NCBI GenBank assembly: GCA_963719495.1
Contig: CAVRCI010000011.1
Coordinates: 161,340-225,339, forward strand
Origin: an uncultured Verrucomicrobiae bacterium
Lineage (GTDB): Bacteria; Verrucomicrobiota; Verrucomicrobiia; Chthoniobacterales; JAATET01
Reading direction: 5' to 3'
DNA length: 64,000 bases
The position numbers and the translations under genes are program-made. Of this stretch, positions 9,107 to 19,250 are shown piece after piece; positions within the stretch are counted from its first letter, which is position 1, and every line of letters begins with the position of its first letter. The notes beneath the pieces are model-generated. The model did no database searches. It worked only from the letters and a program-made list of their open reading frames with translations, and had not been told where the DNA came from.

Positions 9107-10045
9107 CTACGCCCGGCGGCAGAGCTCTTGAGCGGCTTCGGGCCAGGTGGGGTGTTGGAATGCGAAGCCGCTGGTGGTGAGGTGGCCGGGGGTGACGGTG
9201 CGGCTCTTGAGGATGAGCTCGGTTTCGGTGCGGAGGGCGCGGGCTCCGAGTTCGAGCATCCATTCCGTCGCAGGGAGGCCGATGGGGACGCCGGTGGCCC
9301 GGCGGAGGGCTCGCATGAAGGCGGCGTTGGGGAGGGGATTCGGCGCGGCGAGGTTGATGGGGCCGGCAAGATTTTCGTGGTCGATGATCCAGCGGGTGGC
9401 GGCGATGAAGTCATCTTCGTGGATCCAGGAGACCATTTGGTTGCCGTCTGCGGCGCGTCCGCCGAGGCCGAGGCGGACGAGATTGCGCAGCACGTCGAAG
9501 GCTCCGCCCCGATCGGGGCTCATGACGATGGCGGAGCGGAGGAGGACCTTCCGGGTGCGCGGGGTTTCGACCTCGTGGGTGGCGCGCTCCCACGCGTTGG
9601 CGACGTCGAGGCTGAAGCGCCAGGTGTCGGGGAGATTGGGCTCGTCGCCGCCGAGGATGCCGGTGGCTTCGTCGTTCGGGGCGTCGTAACGGTGGGCGTA
9701 AATCGTGGCGGTGCTGGATTGGAGCCAGATGCGGGGTGGGGTGCTGGCTTTGGCGATGGCCTCGCCGAGGATGCGGGTGGATTGGACTCGGCTGTCCAGG
9801 ATGAGGCGGCGGTTGGTGGGGTGGTAGCGGCAGTTGACGCTGCGGCCGGCGAGGCCGATGACGACGTCGGCGGATTCGAGTTCGGTTGTCCACGGGCCAA
9901 GGGTCTGGGCGTCCCATTGGGTCATTCGCCAGGGGGCGGGGCGGGGTGAGCGGCTGAGGACGATGACTTCGTCGCCGAGGTCGTGGTAGGCGCGGGCGAG
10001 GAGGGTGCCGACTTGGCCGGTGCCGCCGGCTAGGATGATTTTCAT
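9107..10045 (-). CDS. TIGR01777-like NAD-dependent epimerase/oxidoreductase
   Basis: KIILAGGTGQVG Rossmann motif, GLGG...GNQMVSWIH, GPINLAAPNP, C-terminal GFAFQHP. Confidence 0.85.
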   Translation of the reverse strand: MKIILAGGTGQVGTLLARAYHDLGDEVIVLSRSPRPAPWRMTQWDAQTLGPWTTELESADVVIGLAGRSVNCRYHPTNRRLILDSRVQSTRILGEAIAKASTPPRIWLQSSTATIYAHRYDAPNDEATGILGGDEPNLPDTWRFSLDVANAWERATHEVETPRTRKVLLRSAIVMSPDRGGAFDVLRNLVRLGLGGRAADGNQMVSWIHEDDFIAATRWIIDHENLAGPINLAAPNPLPNAAFMRALRRATGVPIGLPATEWMLELGARALRTETELILKSRTVTPGHLTTSGFAFQHPTWPEAAQELCRRA

Positions 10046-10325
10046 GGGGTTGATTTTCTCACGCAGAGGCGCGGGGGCGCGAAGGAAATACGAATGCGAA
10101 TACGGTTCTCACGCCGAAGGGCGAGACACTGGAACCGACGGGGGTCGAGCGAAAGCACCTGCCGATAGGCAGCCCGAAGGGCGGAGCCGTGGGAACAGCT
10201 ACGGTAACCGGGAGTGAGCGAGTCATCCGCAGAGGCGAGTCGGGTGAGGGGACCGTTGGGTGTCGACACCGATCTGGGTGAGGAAGGACATCGTTCCCCG
10301 TGGCCAACCTCTGGGAGACGAAATG

Positions 10326-10352
10326 GGAACCCGGCGGCGCGGCTTCCCTACC
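10326..10352 (-). repeat. Single GTAG-type REP overlapping the tyrS stop codon
   Basis: GGAACCCGGCGGCGCGGCTTCCCTACC closely matches the arms of the 281-bp repeat units. Confidence 0.7.
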
Positions 10353-11520
10353 CTTGCCCGATGCGGACGGCTCGCTTTTTGTCGAGTTTGAGGGTGCCGG
10401 GTTCGGTTGGGTCGAAGGTCGCTTTGGGATCGGTGATCTTTTCTTCCTGCCATTGGATGCTGCCGCCTTCGACGAGGCGGCGGGCTTCGCTGCGGGTGCG
10501 GGTCGTCTGGAAGCAGGTGGCGTAGGCGGCTACGACGATCGAGACGATGTCGCTGGCTTGCGGGTCGATGGTGAAGTCGGGGAGGTCGGCGCTGGCGAGA
10601 TCGCGCTGGCTGAAGCGGGTGTTGAAATCGTCGAAAGCGGACTGAGCGGCGTCGGCGGAGTGGAAGCGGGTGACGAGCCGGCGGGCGAGGGATTTCTTCG
10701 CGTCCATGGGGTGGGCGCTGGCGTCGAGGGGTTCGGCGAGGAGGAGGTTGTAGTAATTGGGCATCACCGCGTCGGGGATGCTCATGATCTTGCCGAACAT
10801 GTCGTTGGGGGCGTCGTTCACTCCGATGGAATTGCCGAGGCTCTTGCTCATCTTTTTGACGCCGTCGACGCCTTCGAGGATGGGGAGGAGCATGGCGACC
10901 TGCTGCGGTTGGTTCTCGTCCTTCTGGAGGTCGCGGCCGACGAGGATGTTGAAGAGCTGGTCGGTGCCGCCGAGCTCGACGTCGGCCTGGATCATGACGG
11001 AATCCCAGCCTTGCATGATGGGATACTGGATCTCGTGGGCGCGGACGGGCTGGCCGGCGTCGAGGCGGTCGCGGAAGTCTTCGCGCTGGAGCATTTGTTG
11101 GAGGGTGACGCGGCTGTTGAGGCGAATGACCTCCTCGAAGGCCATCATCTCGAACCATTCGCCGTTGAAGACGACCTTGCAGCGGTCGGTGTCGAGGATT
11201 TTGAAGGCCTGCTCCTGGTAGGTGCGGGCGTTGGCGAGAACGTCTTGGTGGGTGAGTTGGGGCCGGGTGACGGAGCGGCCGCTGGGGTCGCCGATCATGG
11301 CGGTGAAGTCGCCGATGATGAGGATGGCTTGGTGGCCGAGGTCTTGAAATTGCCGGAGCTTGGTGAGGCCGACGGTGTGTCCGAGGTGGATGTCGGGGGC
11401 GGTGGGATCGACGCCGAGCTTGATGCGGAGCGGGCGGTCCTCGGCGAGTTTCTTGCGGAGCTCGGCCTCGGTGGTGACCTGGGCGCAATTGGCGGCGAGG
11501 ACGGAGAATGGGTCGGACAT
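10348..11520 (-). CDS. tyrS: Tyrosine--tRNA ligase
   Basis: GVDPTAPDIHLGH (HIGH), IGDPSGR, YPIMQGWD, ELGGTDQLFN, KMSKS, C-terminal S4-like region. Confidence 0.97.
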   Translation of the reverse strand: MSDPFSVLAANCAQVTTEAELRKKLAEDRPLRIKLGVDPTAPDIHLGHTVGLTKLRQFQDLGHQAILIIGDFTAMIGDPSGRSVTRPQLTHQDVLANARTYQEQAFKILDTDRCKVVFNGEWFEMMAFEEVIRLNSRVTLQQMLQREDFRDRLDAGQPVRAHEIQYPIMQGWDSVMIQADVELGGTDQLFNILVGRDLQKDENQPQQVAMLLPILEGVDGVKKMSKSLGNSIGVNDAPNDMFGKIMSIPDAVMPNYYNLLLAEPLDASAHPMDAKKSLARRLVTRFHSADAAQSAFDDFNTRFSQRDLASADLPDFTIDPQASDIVSIVVAAYATCFQTTRTRSEARRLVEGGSIQWQEEKITDPKATFDPTEPGTLKLDKKRAVRIGQG

Positions 11521-11536
11521 CCGGGCGGTGAGTTTT

Positions 11537-12103
11537 TTACTGCGTATCCTGGCCTTTGTTCAGGAGTGCGCGGACGTCTTCGATGGAAAGGTCCTGCGAG
11601 AGGTTGTTGACGAAGCCCTGCATCTCCTGAGTGGAGTCACTCTGGCGGGAGCGGGGGTCGAAGACGGCGAATTCGCGGGGTTCGAGCGCGGTCGGGACGC
11701 GGGTCTCGGCGAGCCTGCTCTCGTCTTCGCCGGTCTCGTAGGACTTCGCCAGGAAGTCGGCGGTGCTGAAGGTCTTGTCGGCACTGCCGTCGGACTTCTG
11801 GGAAAGTTTGTCGGTGGGGGCGTCGAAGATCTTGTTGCCGAACCACGGGTTTTTCACGCCGAAGAAGGAGCGCGTGGTGTAGTCCTTCGTCTCGGCGGGT
11901 TTGACTCCGTCGAAGGTGGCCGATTGGAATTCCTCGGAGGCGAAGCGGTTGGTCCCGCCGAATTGCTTGTTCTGCATCGGATCGGTCTCGTCGGTCTTGC
12001 TCTTGGAGAAGATGCGCTCGAGGAGGCCTTCCTCCTGCTCCTGGGCTGCGGCGGTCCCGACGACGAACGCGGCGGCGAGAATGGCGGCTAGGAAGGGTTT
12101 CAT
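11537..12103 (-). CDS. Hypothetical secreted protein
   Basis: ATG at 12103, signal peptide MKPFLAAILAAAFVVGTAAA, lies directly upstream of tyrS. Confidence 0.7.
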   Translation of the reverse strand: MKPFLAAILAAAFVVGTAAAQEQEEGLLERIFSKSKTDETDPMQNKQFGGTNRFASEEFQSATFDGVKPAETKDYTTRSFFGVKNPWFGNKIFDAPTDKLSQKSDGSADKTFSTADFLAKSYETGEDESRLAETRVPTALEPREFAVFDPRSRQSDSTQEMQGFVNNLSQDLSIEDVRALLNKGQDTQ

Positions 12104-12174
12104 GGCGGGTCGCCAGTATGCGTCGCGGGCTGGGAGTTTCAAGTGCCGCGATCCTTTCTGCGATCCTTTCGGGA

Positions 12175-12717
12175 TCAGCTATGCAGCGCGGCGTCGAGCA
12201 GCTTCCGGCGGCGGGTGTGTTCCGCGTCGTCGAGGGCGGGGGTGAAGTGGGATGCGGGCGGCTCGGGCATCTCGACCCAGGAGCGGCAGCCGCCGTAGCG
12301 TTTTTCGAGTGGGAGCGTGAACGATGGCTCGAGGCGGTGGGCGCGGACGAAGGCGACGTGGACGCCCTCGGCTTGGTCGTAGTGGAAACGCTCCTCGACG
12401 ACGGAATCGCGGAGAACGTGCAGGTCGGCGAGGCGCCGGGCGGCGGCGAGGTCGGTGACGAGTCCGGTCCATTCGACGGTGCCGGCGAATTGAAGGGTGA
12501 TCTCGTCGGTGGGCGCGGGCGGGACGATCGTGTCGGCGGGGAGGGTCGTGCTGGCGACCTGCTCGTGGAACCACGTCGGGAAAAGCAGGAATCGGTCGTG
12601 CTTGAACTCGAAGCCGGCCCGTCCCTCGGCGATGCCGCCCTTGCGGATGAGAACGCTTTGCCGACCCGCGCCGAGGGCGTCGCAGACGACGGCCCACTCT
12701 TTAAATGCCATGATCAT
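12175..12717 (-). CDS. DUF1802 family protein
   Basis: AFKEWAVVCDALGAGRQSVLIRKGGI, FLLFPTWFH, YGGCRSWV. Confidence 0.85.
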   Translation of the reverse strand: MIMAFKEWAVVCDALGAGRQSVLIRKGGIAEGRAGFEFKHDRFLLFPTWFHEQVASTTLPADTIVPPAPTDEITLQFAGTVEWTGLVTDLAAARRLADLHVLRDSVVEERFHYDQAEGVHVAFVRAHRLEPSFTLPLEKRYGGCRSWVEMPEPPASHFTPALDDAEHTRRRKLLDAALHS

Positions 12718-12777
12718 AAGTGTTGCGAGGTTGATTCGGTCTTTGCCGCGCGGGAAGGGGAAACGGTAAAAGCGGCG

Positions 12778-13476
12778 ATGCGATACCGCTTCGACCTGCA
12801 CGTGCATTCGTTTTTTTCGTCCGACGCGGCGAGTTCGCCGGAGTCCTTGGTGGCGGCGGCGAAGAAGCGGGGCTTGGATGGGATCGCGATCACGGATCAC
12901 AACTCGTGCCGGGCGGGCGCGTATTGTCTCGAGAAGGGACTCATGAACGCGGACGGCACGGCGGTGGATGGCTTTCTCATCGTGCCCGGCGTCGAGGTTT
13001 CGACGGCGGACGGGCATTTGCTGTGCATCGGAGTGACGCTGCCGGACATGATCGGCGTGCCGGCGGTCGAGGTGGAACGGGCCGTGCTCGCGCAGGGGGG
13101 CGTGGCGATTCCGGCGCATCCTTTCGACCGGTGGCGGGCGGGGATTCGGCCCGAGGTGCTGAGGACTCTGCGGACTCCGGTGATCGAGGTGTTCAACGCG
13201 GCGGTGACGGCGCGGGGGTTCAATCACCAGGCCTTGGCCCACGCGAGCGAGCGGGGTCTCGTCGGGACGGCGGCCAGTGACGCCCACCACGCGTCGGCGG
13301 TCGGGACGGCGGTGACGAGTTTTGAAATGGAGGATCTCAGCGTGGCGGAGCTGCTGCGCGCGATTCCGAAGGGCGGCGAGCGGGAGGAGCGGTATCTCAC
13401 GCGGGTCGAGGGCTTCAAGAAGCACTTTGGAAATTGGTTCCGGGTCTTCAATCCCGCACCGCGTCCGGCGCGGTAG
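12778..13476 (+). CDS. PHP-domain metal-dependent phosphoesterase
   Basis: DLHVHS, GIAITDHN, GVEVST.DGH, AHPF, IEVFN, SDAH. Confidence 0.88.
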   Translation: MRYRFDLHVHSFFSSDAASSPESLVAAAKKRGLDGIAITDHNSCRAGAYCLEKGLMNADGTAVDGFLIVPGVEVSTADGHLLCIGVTLPDMIGVPAVEVERAVLAQGGVAIPAHPFDRWRAGIRPEVLRTLRTPVIEVFNAAVTARGFNHQALAHASERGLVGTAASDAHHASAVGTAVTSFEMEDLSVAELLRAIPKGGEREERYLTRVEGFKKHFGNWFRVFNPAPRPAR

Positions 13477-13541
13477 GCTCGCGCCGTAGCTCGGGTGTGC
13501 CGGAGTATTTTCGATTGAGGCAGGCCGCTGGGGAGGTCGGG

Positions 13542-14429
13542 CGTCACCGGAGAAGAAGGTGGGAAGCTCATCGAGCCGCCCCGACCCGAGGGGGTAGGGC
13601 AGCCGCGCCGCCGGGTGCCCACTTTGGTTAGGGTTTGCGATCGAAAACGAAGGGCGACCGATGGGCTCAGACCGGCGTGGCAGACGAAGCCGTCGAGAAG
13701 TTCGCGGGTCCATCGAGGAGGCGACGGCACCCGGGGCCCGGCTGCCCTACCGATTTTTACGAAGGCGCTGACGCGGTCAGCTCAAGCCGCATCAACTGGA
13801 GTAAGCGCTGGGGTCTTTCGAACGTCACCGGAGAAGAAGTGGGGCAGCTCGTCGAACTGCACCTACCCGAGGGGGTAGGGAAGCCGCGCCGCCGGGTGCC
13901 CACTTTGGTTAGGGGTTGTGATCGAAAACGAAGGGCGACCGATAGGCTCAGACCGGCGTGGCAGACGAAGCCGTCGAGAAATTCGTGGGTCCATCGAGGA
14001 GGCGACGGCACCCGGGGCCCGGCTGCCCTACCGATTTTTACGAAGGTGCTGACGCGGTCAGCTCGAGCACCATCAATTGGAGTAAGCGCTGGGGTCTTTC
14101 GAACCTCACCGGAGAAGAAGTGGGGCAGCTCGTCGAACTGCACCTACCCGAGGGGGTAGGGCAGCCGCGCCGCCGGGTGCCCACTTTGGTTAGGGTTTGC
14201 GATCGAAAACGAAGGGCGACCGATGGGCTCAGACCGGCGTGGCAGACGAAGCCGTCGAGAAATTCGTGGTTCCATCGAGGAGGCGACGGCACCCGGGGCC
14301 CGGCGGCCCTACCGATTTTTACGAAGGCGCTGACGCGGTCAGCTCGACCAATTTTGATGGAAGCAGGACGCTGAATAGTCCGAACGTCACCGGAGAAGAA
14401 GTGGGGCAGCTCGTCGAACTACACCTACC
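13542..14429. repeat. 281-bp tandem repeat (3 copies plus a partial), each unit holding an inverted pair of GTAG-type REPs
   Basis: Unit starts at 13542, 13823, 14104 and 14385; arms GGTAGGGCAGCCGCGCCGCCGGGTGCC (13593-13619) and GGCACCCGGGGCCCGGCTGCCCTACC (13726-13751). Confidence 0.92.
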
Positions 14430-14588
14430 GACGTTGCTGGGGACCCCTCGCCGAAGGGTTCGTCGACTGCTCTCGTTACGGTCGCTTATTCGGAGAATGC
14501 TTCGGACTGCGTTAGCGATGTCGCATTTTCACGGCGAGTTCACGGGGGCTTCATCGGATTTTCACGGTCGCCCGGCACGGTGGCTTCC

Positions 14589-15704
14589 ATGAAAGCTCTG
14601 CTGGCCGCGCTATTGGTTCTCTCCGTTGATCTCTCCGCCGCGGAATCGGGTGAGGTGACTTTACCGCTCGCGGAATATCTCGCGCAGCGGGCGGCGGACG
14701 CGCCGGTCGCGACGCCGGAGCGTCCGCCGGTCGAGTTCGCCGTCACGAACGCCGCGGTCACGCTTTCGCTCACCGAGGGCCGGCTCACGGGGATCGCGCG
14801 ATTCGGCGTCGCGACGTTTGCCGAAGGTTGGCACCTCGTTCCGCTGATCGGTGGCGAGGTGAACGTCTTGAGCGTCGAGCCCGCCGACGCGGCTCTCGTG
14901 ACTCGGGAGGGTTGGCTGGCGCTGCAGATCCGCGACGCGGGTCGGCGCGAGGTGGTGATCGAATTCTCGAGCGTCCGCGGCGACGGGGCGTCCGGGTGGG
15001 GCCTGGACCTTCCCGCGGTCGTGGCGGGATCGGTCGAAGTGATCGCCAAACCCGCCGATCGGGAAGTGCTGCTCGTCAGTTCGGGAACCCGCGTCGACGG
15101 CGCGACGGCCTACCTGACGAGCCGCGCGGCCTCGCTCGAGATCGCGTTGACCGATCAACGTCGCGGCCCGGCACCGAAGGAATTGCCGAAGATCGCCGTC
15201 GACGGCGCGACCGTGCCCAAGGCCGAATTCCGGACCCGTGTCGTCGCGGACGGCGCGCTCTTCTGCGAAGCGAAGATCGTCGTGCGGCATCTCGATCGGA
15301 CGAGCTGGACGTTTCGATTACCCAAGGAGAGTCGGCTGCTTGCCTGCACGGTCGGCGGCGAACCCGCGAGTCCGGCTGTGCTGGAGAATGGCGACCTCGC
15401 GCTGCCGCTCGACGCCCCGGGGAAGGATCGGTCGACGGTCGTCGGGATCACCTACACGGGGGCGGTGTCGGAGTTCGATCCGGTGCGTGGGGACTTCCGC
15501 GTCGCACTGCCGTGGACGCCGCTCTTCGTCGAAGAGATCGATTGGCGGCTGACGCTGCCGGGTGGTTACGAGGCGAGCGCGTTCGACGGCAACGTCGAGG
15601 TCGCCCCGGCAGGCGAAGGCGGCGACTTGCACTTTCAAAAACGCCTGGCCCGCGGTGAGGCGGCGGCGGTTCAGATTTTTTACACGAAAAGCGTCACCGA
15701 TTAA
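14589..15704 (+). CDS. Hypothetical secreted beta-rich protein
   Basis: Signal peptide MKALLAALLVLSV; first gene of the cre-like cluster. Confidence 0.7.
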   Translation: MKALLAALLVLSVDLSAAESGEVTLPLAEYLAQRAADAPVATPERPPVEFAVTNAAVTLSLTEGRLTGIARFGVATFAEGWHLVPLIGGEVNVLSVEPADAALVTREGWLALQIRDAGRREVVIEFSSVRGDGASGWGLDLPAVVAGSVEVIAKPADREVLLVSSGTRVDGATAYLTSRAASLEIALTDQRRGPAPKELPKIAVDGATVPKAEFRTRVVADGALFCEAKIVVRHLDRTSWTFRLPKESRLLACTVGGEPASPAVLENGDLALPLDAPGKDRSTVVGITYTGAVSEFDPVRGDFRVALPWTPLFVEEIDWRLTLPGGYEASAFDGNVEVAPAGEGGDLHFQKRLARGEAAAVQIFYTKSVTD

Positions 15705-15716
15705 CCGATCCAATTC

Positions 15717-16922
15717 ATGAACACCCAACGTCTCACCATCCTCCGGCTTCTCGCCATCGGCTTCATCTTTGCCTGCACGGCGGGCGCGTGGTTCGTGCTC
15801 GGCGGCGCGCTCGTCGTCCGCACGGCGCAATCCGATCAGCAACTCGGCCCGGAGGTCGACGGGGCGTGGGGCACGCTGCTCCATCAACTTCATCCGCGGG
15901 CCTGGTATCGCTCGCCGACGGGAGAGCGTGGCCGCAAGGCGATCCTGCCCGAGGCGAGCGCCGTGGCGGTGAAATTGAGTTCCGATCCGAAACGGAAGGG
16001 CTTGCTCTGGTATCGGACGTTTGGCGTGGAATTCGCCGCGGACTACACGATCAAAAATCCGACACCGATCCCGCAGACGCTCTACGTCGCCTTCGCGTTG
16101 CCCGAGTCGAACGCGAGTTTTTCGGACGTGTCGTTTCGACTCGGCGATGGGCCGCCGACCGAGGCGGAGCCGGTGGACGGAGTGATCACGGAGGCGGTCG
16201 TCGTGCCCGCGGGCGGAGCGGTCCCGTTGCGGGTGACCTACCGGACGCGGGGTCGGGACGCGTGGAGTTACGGCTTCGGCGAGACGGAGCGAATTCGGAA
16301 TTTTGCGCTTGCGATGACGACCGACTTCGCCGCGATCGATTTCCCGCCGGGGACTGGATCGCCGACGGAACGCACGGCGACGGACGCGGGTTGGGACCTC
16401 GGATGGAACTATCCCGACGTCGTGAGCCCGGCGGCCATCGGCATGGCGATGCCGAAAGTGCTCAACGCGGGGCCGGTCGCGGCGAGGATCAGTTTTTTCG
16501 CGCCGGTGTCGTTGCTGTTCTTCTTCGCCGTGCTGCTCATTTACGGGGCGGTGCGGGGGCTGACGCTGCACCCGATGAATTACTTTTTCCTGGCCGCCGG
16601 CTGCTTCGCGTTTCAGCTCCTGTTCGCTTATCTGGTCGACGTTCTGCCGGTGCACGCCGCGTTCGCGATCTCGGCGGCGGTGTCGCTTCTCCTGGTGACC
16701 GGCTACGTTCACGCGGCGGCGGGCTGGCGCTTGTCGCGGGTGTGCGGCGTCGCGCAATTCGCTTACATGGTGCTGTTCAGTTACAGCTTTTTCTTCGACG
16801 GAATGAGCGGCCTCACGATCGCGATCGGGGCGGTCGTCACCCTGGCAATCCTGATGATCGCGACGGCGAAGGTGGATTGGTCGGGCAAATTCGCGCGCAC
16901 CCCGCGCGAGGTCGCGGCGTGA
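15717..16922 (+). CDS. Inner membrane CreD-like protein
   Basis: N-terminal TM helix, soluble domain, several C-terminal TMs with LHPMNY...FQLLFAYL; adjacent to creBC. Confidence 0.7.
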   Translation: MNTQRLTILRLLAIGFIFACTAGAWFVLGGALVVRTAQSDQQLGPEVDGAWGTLLHQLHPRAWYRSPTGERGRKAILPEASAVAVKLSSDPKRKGLLWYRTFGVEFAADYTIKNPTPIPQTLYVAFALPESNASFSDVSFRLGDGPPTEAEPVDGVITEAVVVPAGGAVPLRVTYRTRGRDAWSYGFGETERIRNFALAMTTDFAAIDFPPGTGSPTERTATDAGWDLGWNYPDVVSPAAIGMAMPKVLNAGPVAARISFFAPVSLLFFFAVLLIYGAVRGLTLHPMNYFFLAAGCFAFQLLFAYLVDVLPVHAAFAISAAVSLLLVTGYVHAAAGWRLSRVCGVAQFAYMVLFSYSFFFDGMSGLTIAIGAVVTLAILMIATAKVDWSGKFARTPREVAA

Positions 16923-16970
16923 GGATGGGGCTCGATGCCGGGCGCGGGAATGGGTAGAAGCTGGGGAGTC

Positions 16971-17678
16971 ATGACGTCCGCCCGTCCGCGCATTCTGATC
17001 GTCGAAGACGAGCCGTCCATTCGCGACACGATCCAGTATCCGTTGGATTCGGACGGGTGCGAGACGCGGTGCTGCGGGACGGGGGGCGAAGCGCTGACCG
17101 CATTGGGCGAGGCGGCTTTCGACCTCGTGATCCTGGACGTGGGCCTGCCGGATGTGAGCGGGTTCGACGTTTGTCGGCGGCTGCGCGAGCGCTCGAACGT
17201 GCCGGTGCTCTTCCTCACGGCGCGATCGGATGAGATCGACCGGGTGGTGGGGTTGGAAATCGGGGGCGACGATTACGTGACGAAACCGTTCAGTCCGCGC
17301 GAACTCGCCGCGCGGGTGCGGGCCGTGCTCCGGCGCACGCGGGGTGCGGTCGCGATCGAGCCTGATGCGGCTGGGAACGAAGTCTTCGCCGTCGACGCCG
17401 ACCGGCTGGCCATTCGTTACCACGGCACGCCGCTCGATCTGTCGCGCACGGAATACCGGCTACTCGCCGCGTTCGTCGCGCGGCCCGGGCGGGTTTTTTC
17501 GCGGGCGCAATTGATGGACGCCGCGTGGGACGAGCCCGAAGCGTCGTTCGACCGGACGGTCGACGCGCACGTGAAAACGCTCCGCGCCAAACTGCGCGCC
17601 GTCCGTCCGGAGGAGGACCCGATCCGCACGCACCGCGGGTTTGGGTATTCCCTCGCCGAGGCCAGCGACGTCGCGTGA
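16971..17678 (+). CDS. creB: OmpR-family response regulator CreB
   Basis: ILIVEDEPSIRDTIQYPL, LDVGLPDVSGFD, SDEIDRVVGLEIGGDDYVTKPFSPRE, IRTHRGFGY. Confidence 0.82.
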   Translation: MTSARPRILIVEDEPSIRDTIQYPLDSDGCETRCCGTGGEALTALGEAAFDLVILDVGLPDVSGFDVCRRLRERSNVPVLFLTARSDEIDRVVGLEIGGDDYVTKPFSPRELAARVRAVLRRTRGAVAIEPDAAGNEVFAVDADRLAIRYHGTPLDLSRTEYRLLAAFVARPGRVFSRAQLMDAAWDEPEASFDRTVDAHVKTLRAKLRAVRPEEDPIRTHRGFGYSLAEASDVA

Positions 17679-19099
17679 GCCTGACTTTTCGCGTCCTCGC
17701 CGGGTTCATCGTCTGCGCGGTGGCGGCGATTTATTTGCTGCTCAACCCGATCCTCGACCGCGTCGAGCGGCAGTATTTGGAGGCGACCGAAGAGCCGATG
17801 GTCGACACGGCGGAGATCCTCGCCGCCATCGTCGCGCGGGAATACGCGGACCGCGGGGAGCTGCCGAGTTCGTTTGGGGCTGGATTCGCCGCGGCGCGCG
17901 ATCGCGAATTCGAGGCCGTCATTTACAACCTGCTCAAGACAAGGGTTTCCATGGGCGCCTACGTGACGAACGCGAGCGGGAAGGTGGTTTTCGATTCCGA
18001 CGAACCGGCGAACGTCGGGCGCGATTTCTCCGATCGGCAGGACGTCTACCTCACCCTGCGGGGGCGCTACGGCGCGAGGTCGAGCCGCACCGACGAGAGC
18101 GACGATCTGTCGTCCGTCATGTTCGTGGGAGCGCCGTTGCTGATCGACGGGAAAATCGTCGGCGTCCTCTCCGTTTACAAACCGCAGCGGAGCCTGCGCG
18201 AGTTCGTGCTCGAGACCAAGCGGTGGATTTTGTTCTTCGGACTCTCCGGGACGGCGGCGTTTCTGCTGTTCGGGTTTCTGCTCTCCCGTTGGGTTACGCA
18301 CCCGCTCGCCCGGCTGACGCGGCACGCGGAGGACGTAACGCGCGGTGCCCGGCCGGTGCCGCCGCGCATGCCCGGACGTCACCTGCGCGTCCTCGGCGAG
18401 TCCGTCGAACGCATGCGCGACGCGCTCGAGGACCGCGACTACGTCGGGAATTACGTCCAAACGCTGAGCCACGAGATGAAGGCGCCGGTCGCCGCGATCC
18501 GTGGTGCGGCCGAGTTGCTCGACGAAGATCTGCCGCCGGAGCAGAGGCGAAGATTCATGGCCAACATCCGGTCCGAGGCCGCGCGGCTCCAGAAATTGAT
18601 CGAGCAACTCCTCGCCCTCGCCTCCCTCGAAAGCCGCAAACGCCTCGAACACCCCGCCACCGTCGACGTGGCGGAGATCGCCCGCCGGGTCGTCGAGGAA
18701 AGTGGCGAGCATTACCCGGATCGTGAAATCCGGCTGGATGCGGTCGGCGAGTCGATCGTGAGCGGCGACGAATTCCTGCTCGCCACGGCCATCCGCAACC
18801 TCGTCCAGAACGCGGCGGAATTTTCGCCGGACGGCGGCACGATCCGCGTTAGCGTCCGGCGCGAATCAACGAACGTCGTTGTCCGGATCCGCGACGACGG
18901 TCCCGGCCTGCCGCACTACGCCAAGGCGCGCGTCTTCGAGCGATTCTATTCGCTGCCCCGCCCGGGAACGGAGCGAAAGAGCTCGGGACTTGGGCTGTGT
19001 TTCGTCCGCGAGGCCGTCGCGCTCCACGGGGGAACGGTCGCTTTGAGTAACCGGGCTGGCGCGACCGGAGCCGAGGCGACACTGACCCTGCCCGCCTGA
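17675..19099 (+). CDS. creC: Sensor histidine kinase CreC
   Basis: GTG at 17675; EEPMVDTAEILA, LRGRYGARSS, YVQTLSHEMKAP (H box), ERFYSLPRP, SSGLGL. Confidence 0.85.
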   Translation: MSLTFRVLAGFIVCAVAAIYLLLNPILDRVERQYLEATEEPMVDTAEILAAIVAREYADRGELPSSFGAGFAAARDREFEAVIYNLLKTRVSMGAYVTNASGKVVFDSDEPANVGRDFSDRQDVYLTLRGRYGARSSRTDESDDLSSVMFVGAPLLIDGKIVGVLSVYKPQRSLREFVLETKRWILFFGLSGTAAFLLFGFLLSRWVTHPLARLTRHAEDVTRGARPVPPRMPGRHLRVLGESVERMRDALEDRDYVGNYVQTLSHEMKAPVAAIRGAAELLDEDLPPEQRRRFMANIRSEAARLQKLIEQLLALASLESRKRLEHPATVDVAEIARRVVEESGEHYPDREIRLDAVGESIVSGDEFLLATAIRNLVQNAAEFSPDGGTIRVSVRRESTNVVVRIRDDGPGLPHYAKARVFERFYSLPRPGTERKSSGLGLCFVREAVALHGGTVALSNRAGATGAEATLTLPA

Positions 19100-19178
19100 C
19101 CGCGGAGCTGGGACAAATTCGGACTTGGCAGGAGTGGGAAGCCGTGGCAATTTCCCCGGCTGCCACGGCAGAAGCAGA

Positions 19179-19250
<72 letters not shown>

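Noticed and set aside
13615..14592. ORFs spanning the 281-bp repeat
   Set aside because: The unit length is not a multiple of 3, the translations shift frame each unit, and none resembles a protein.
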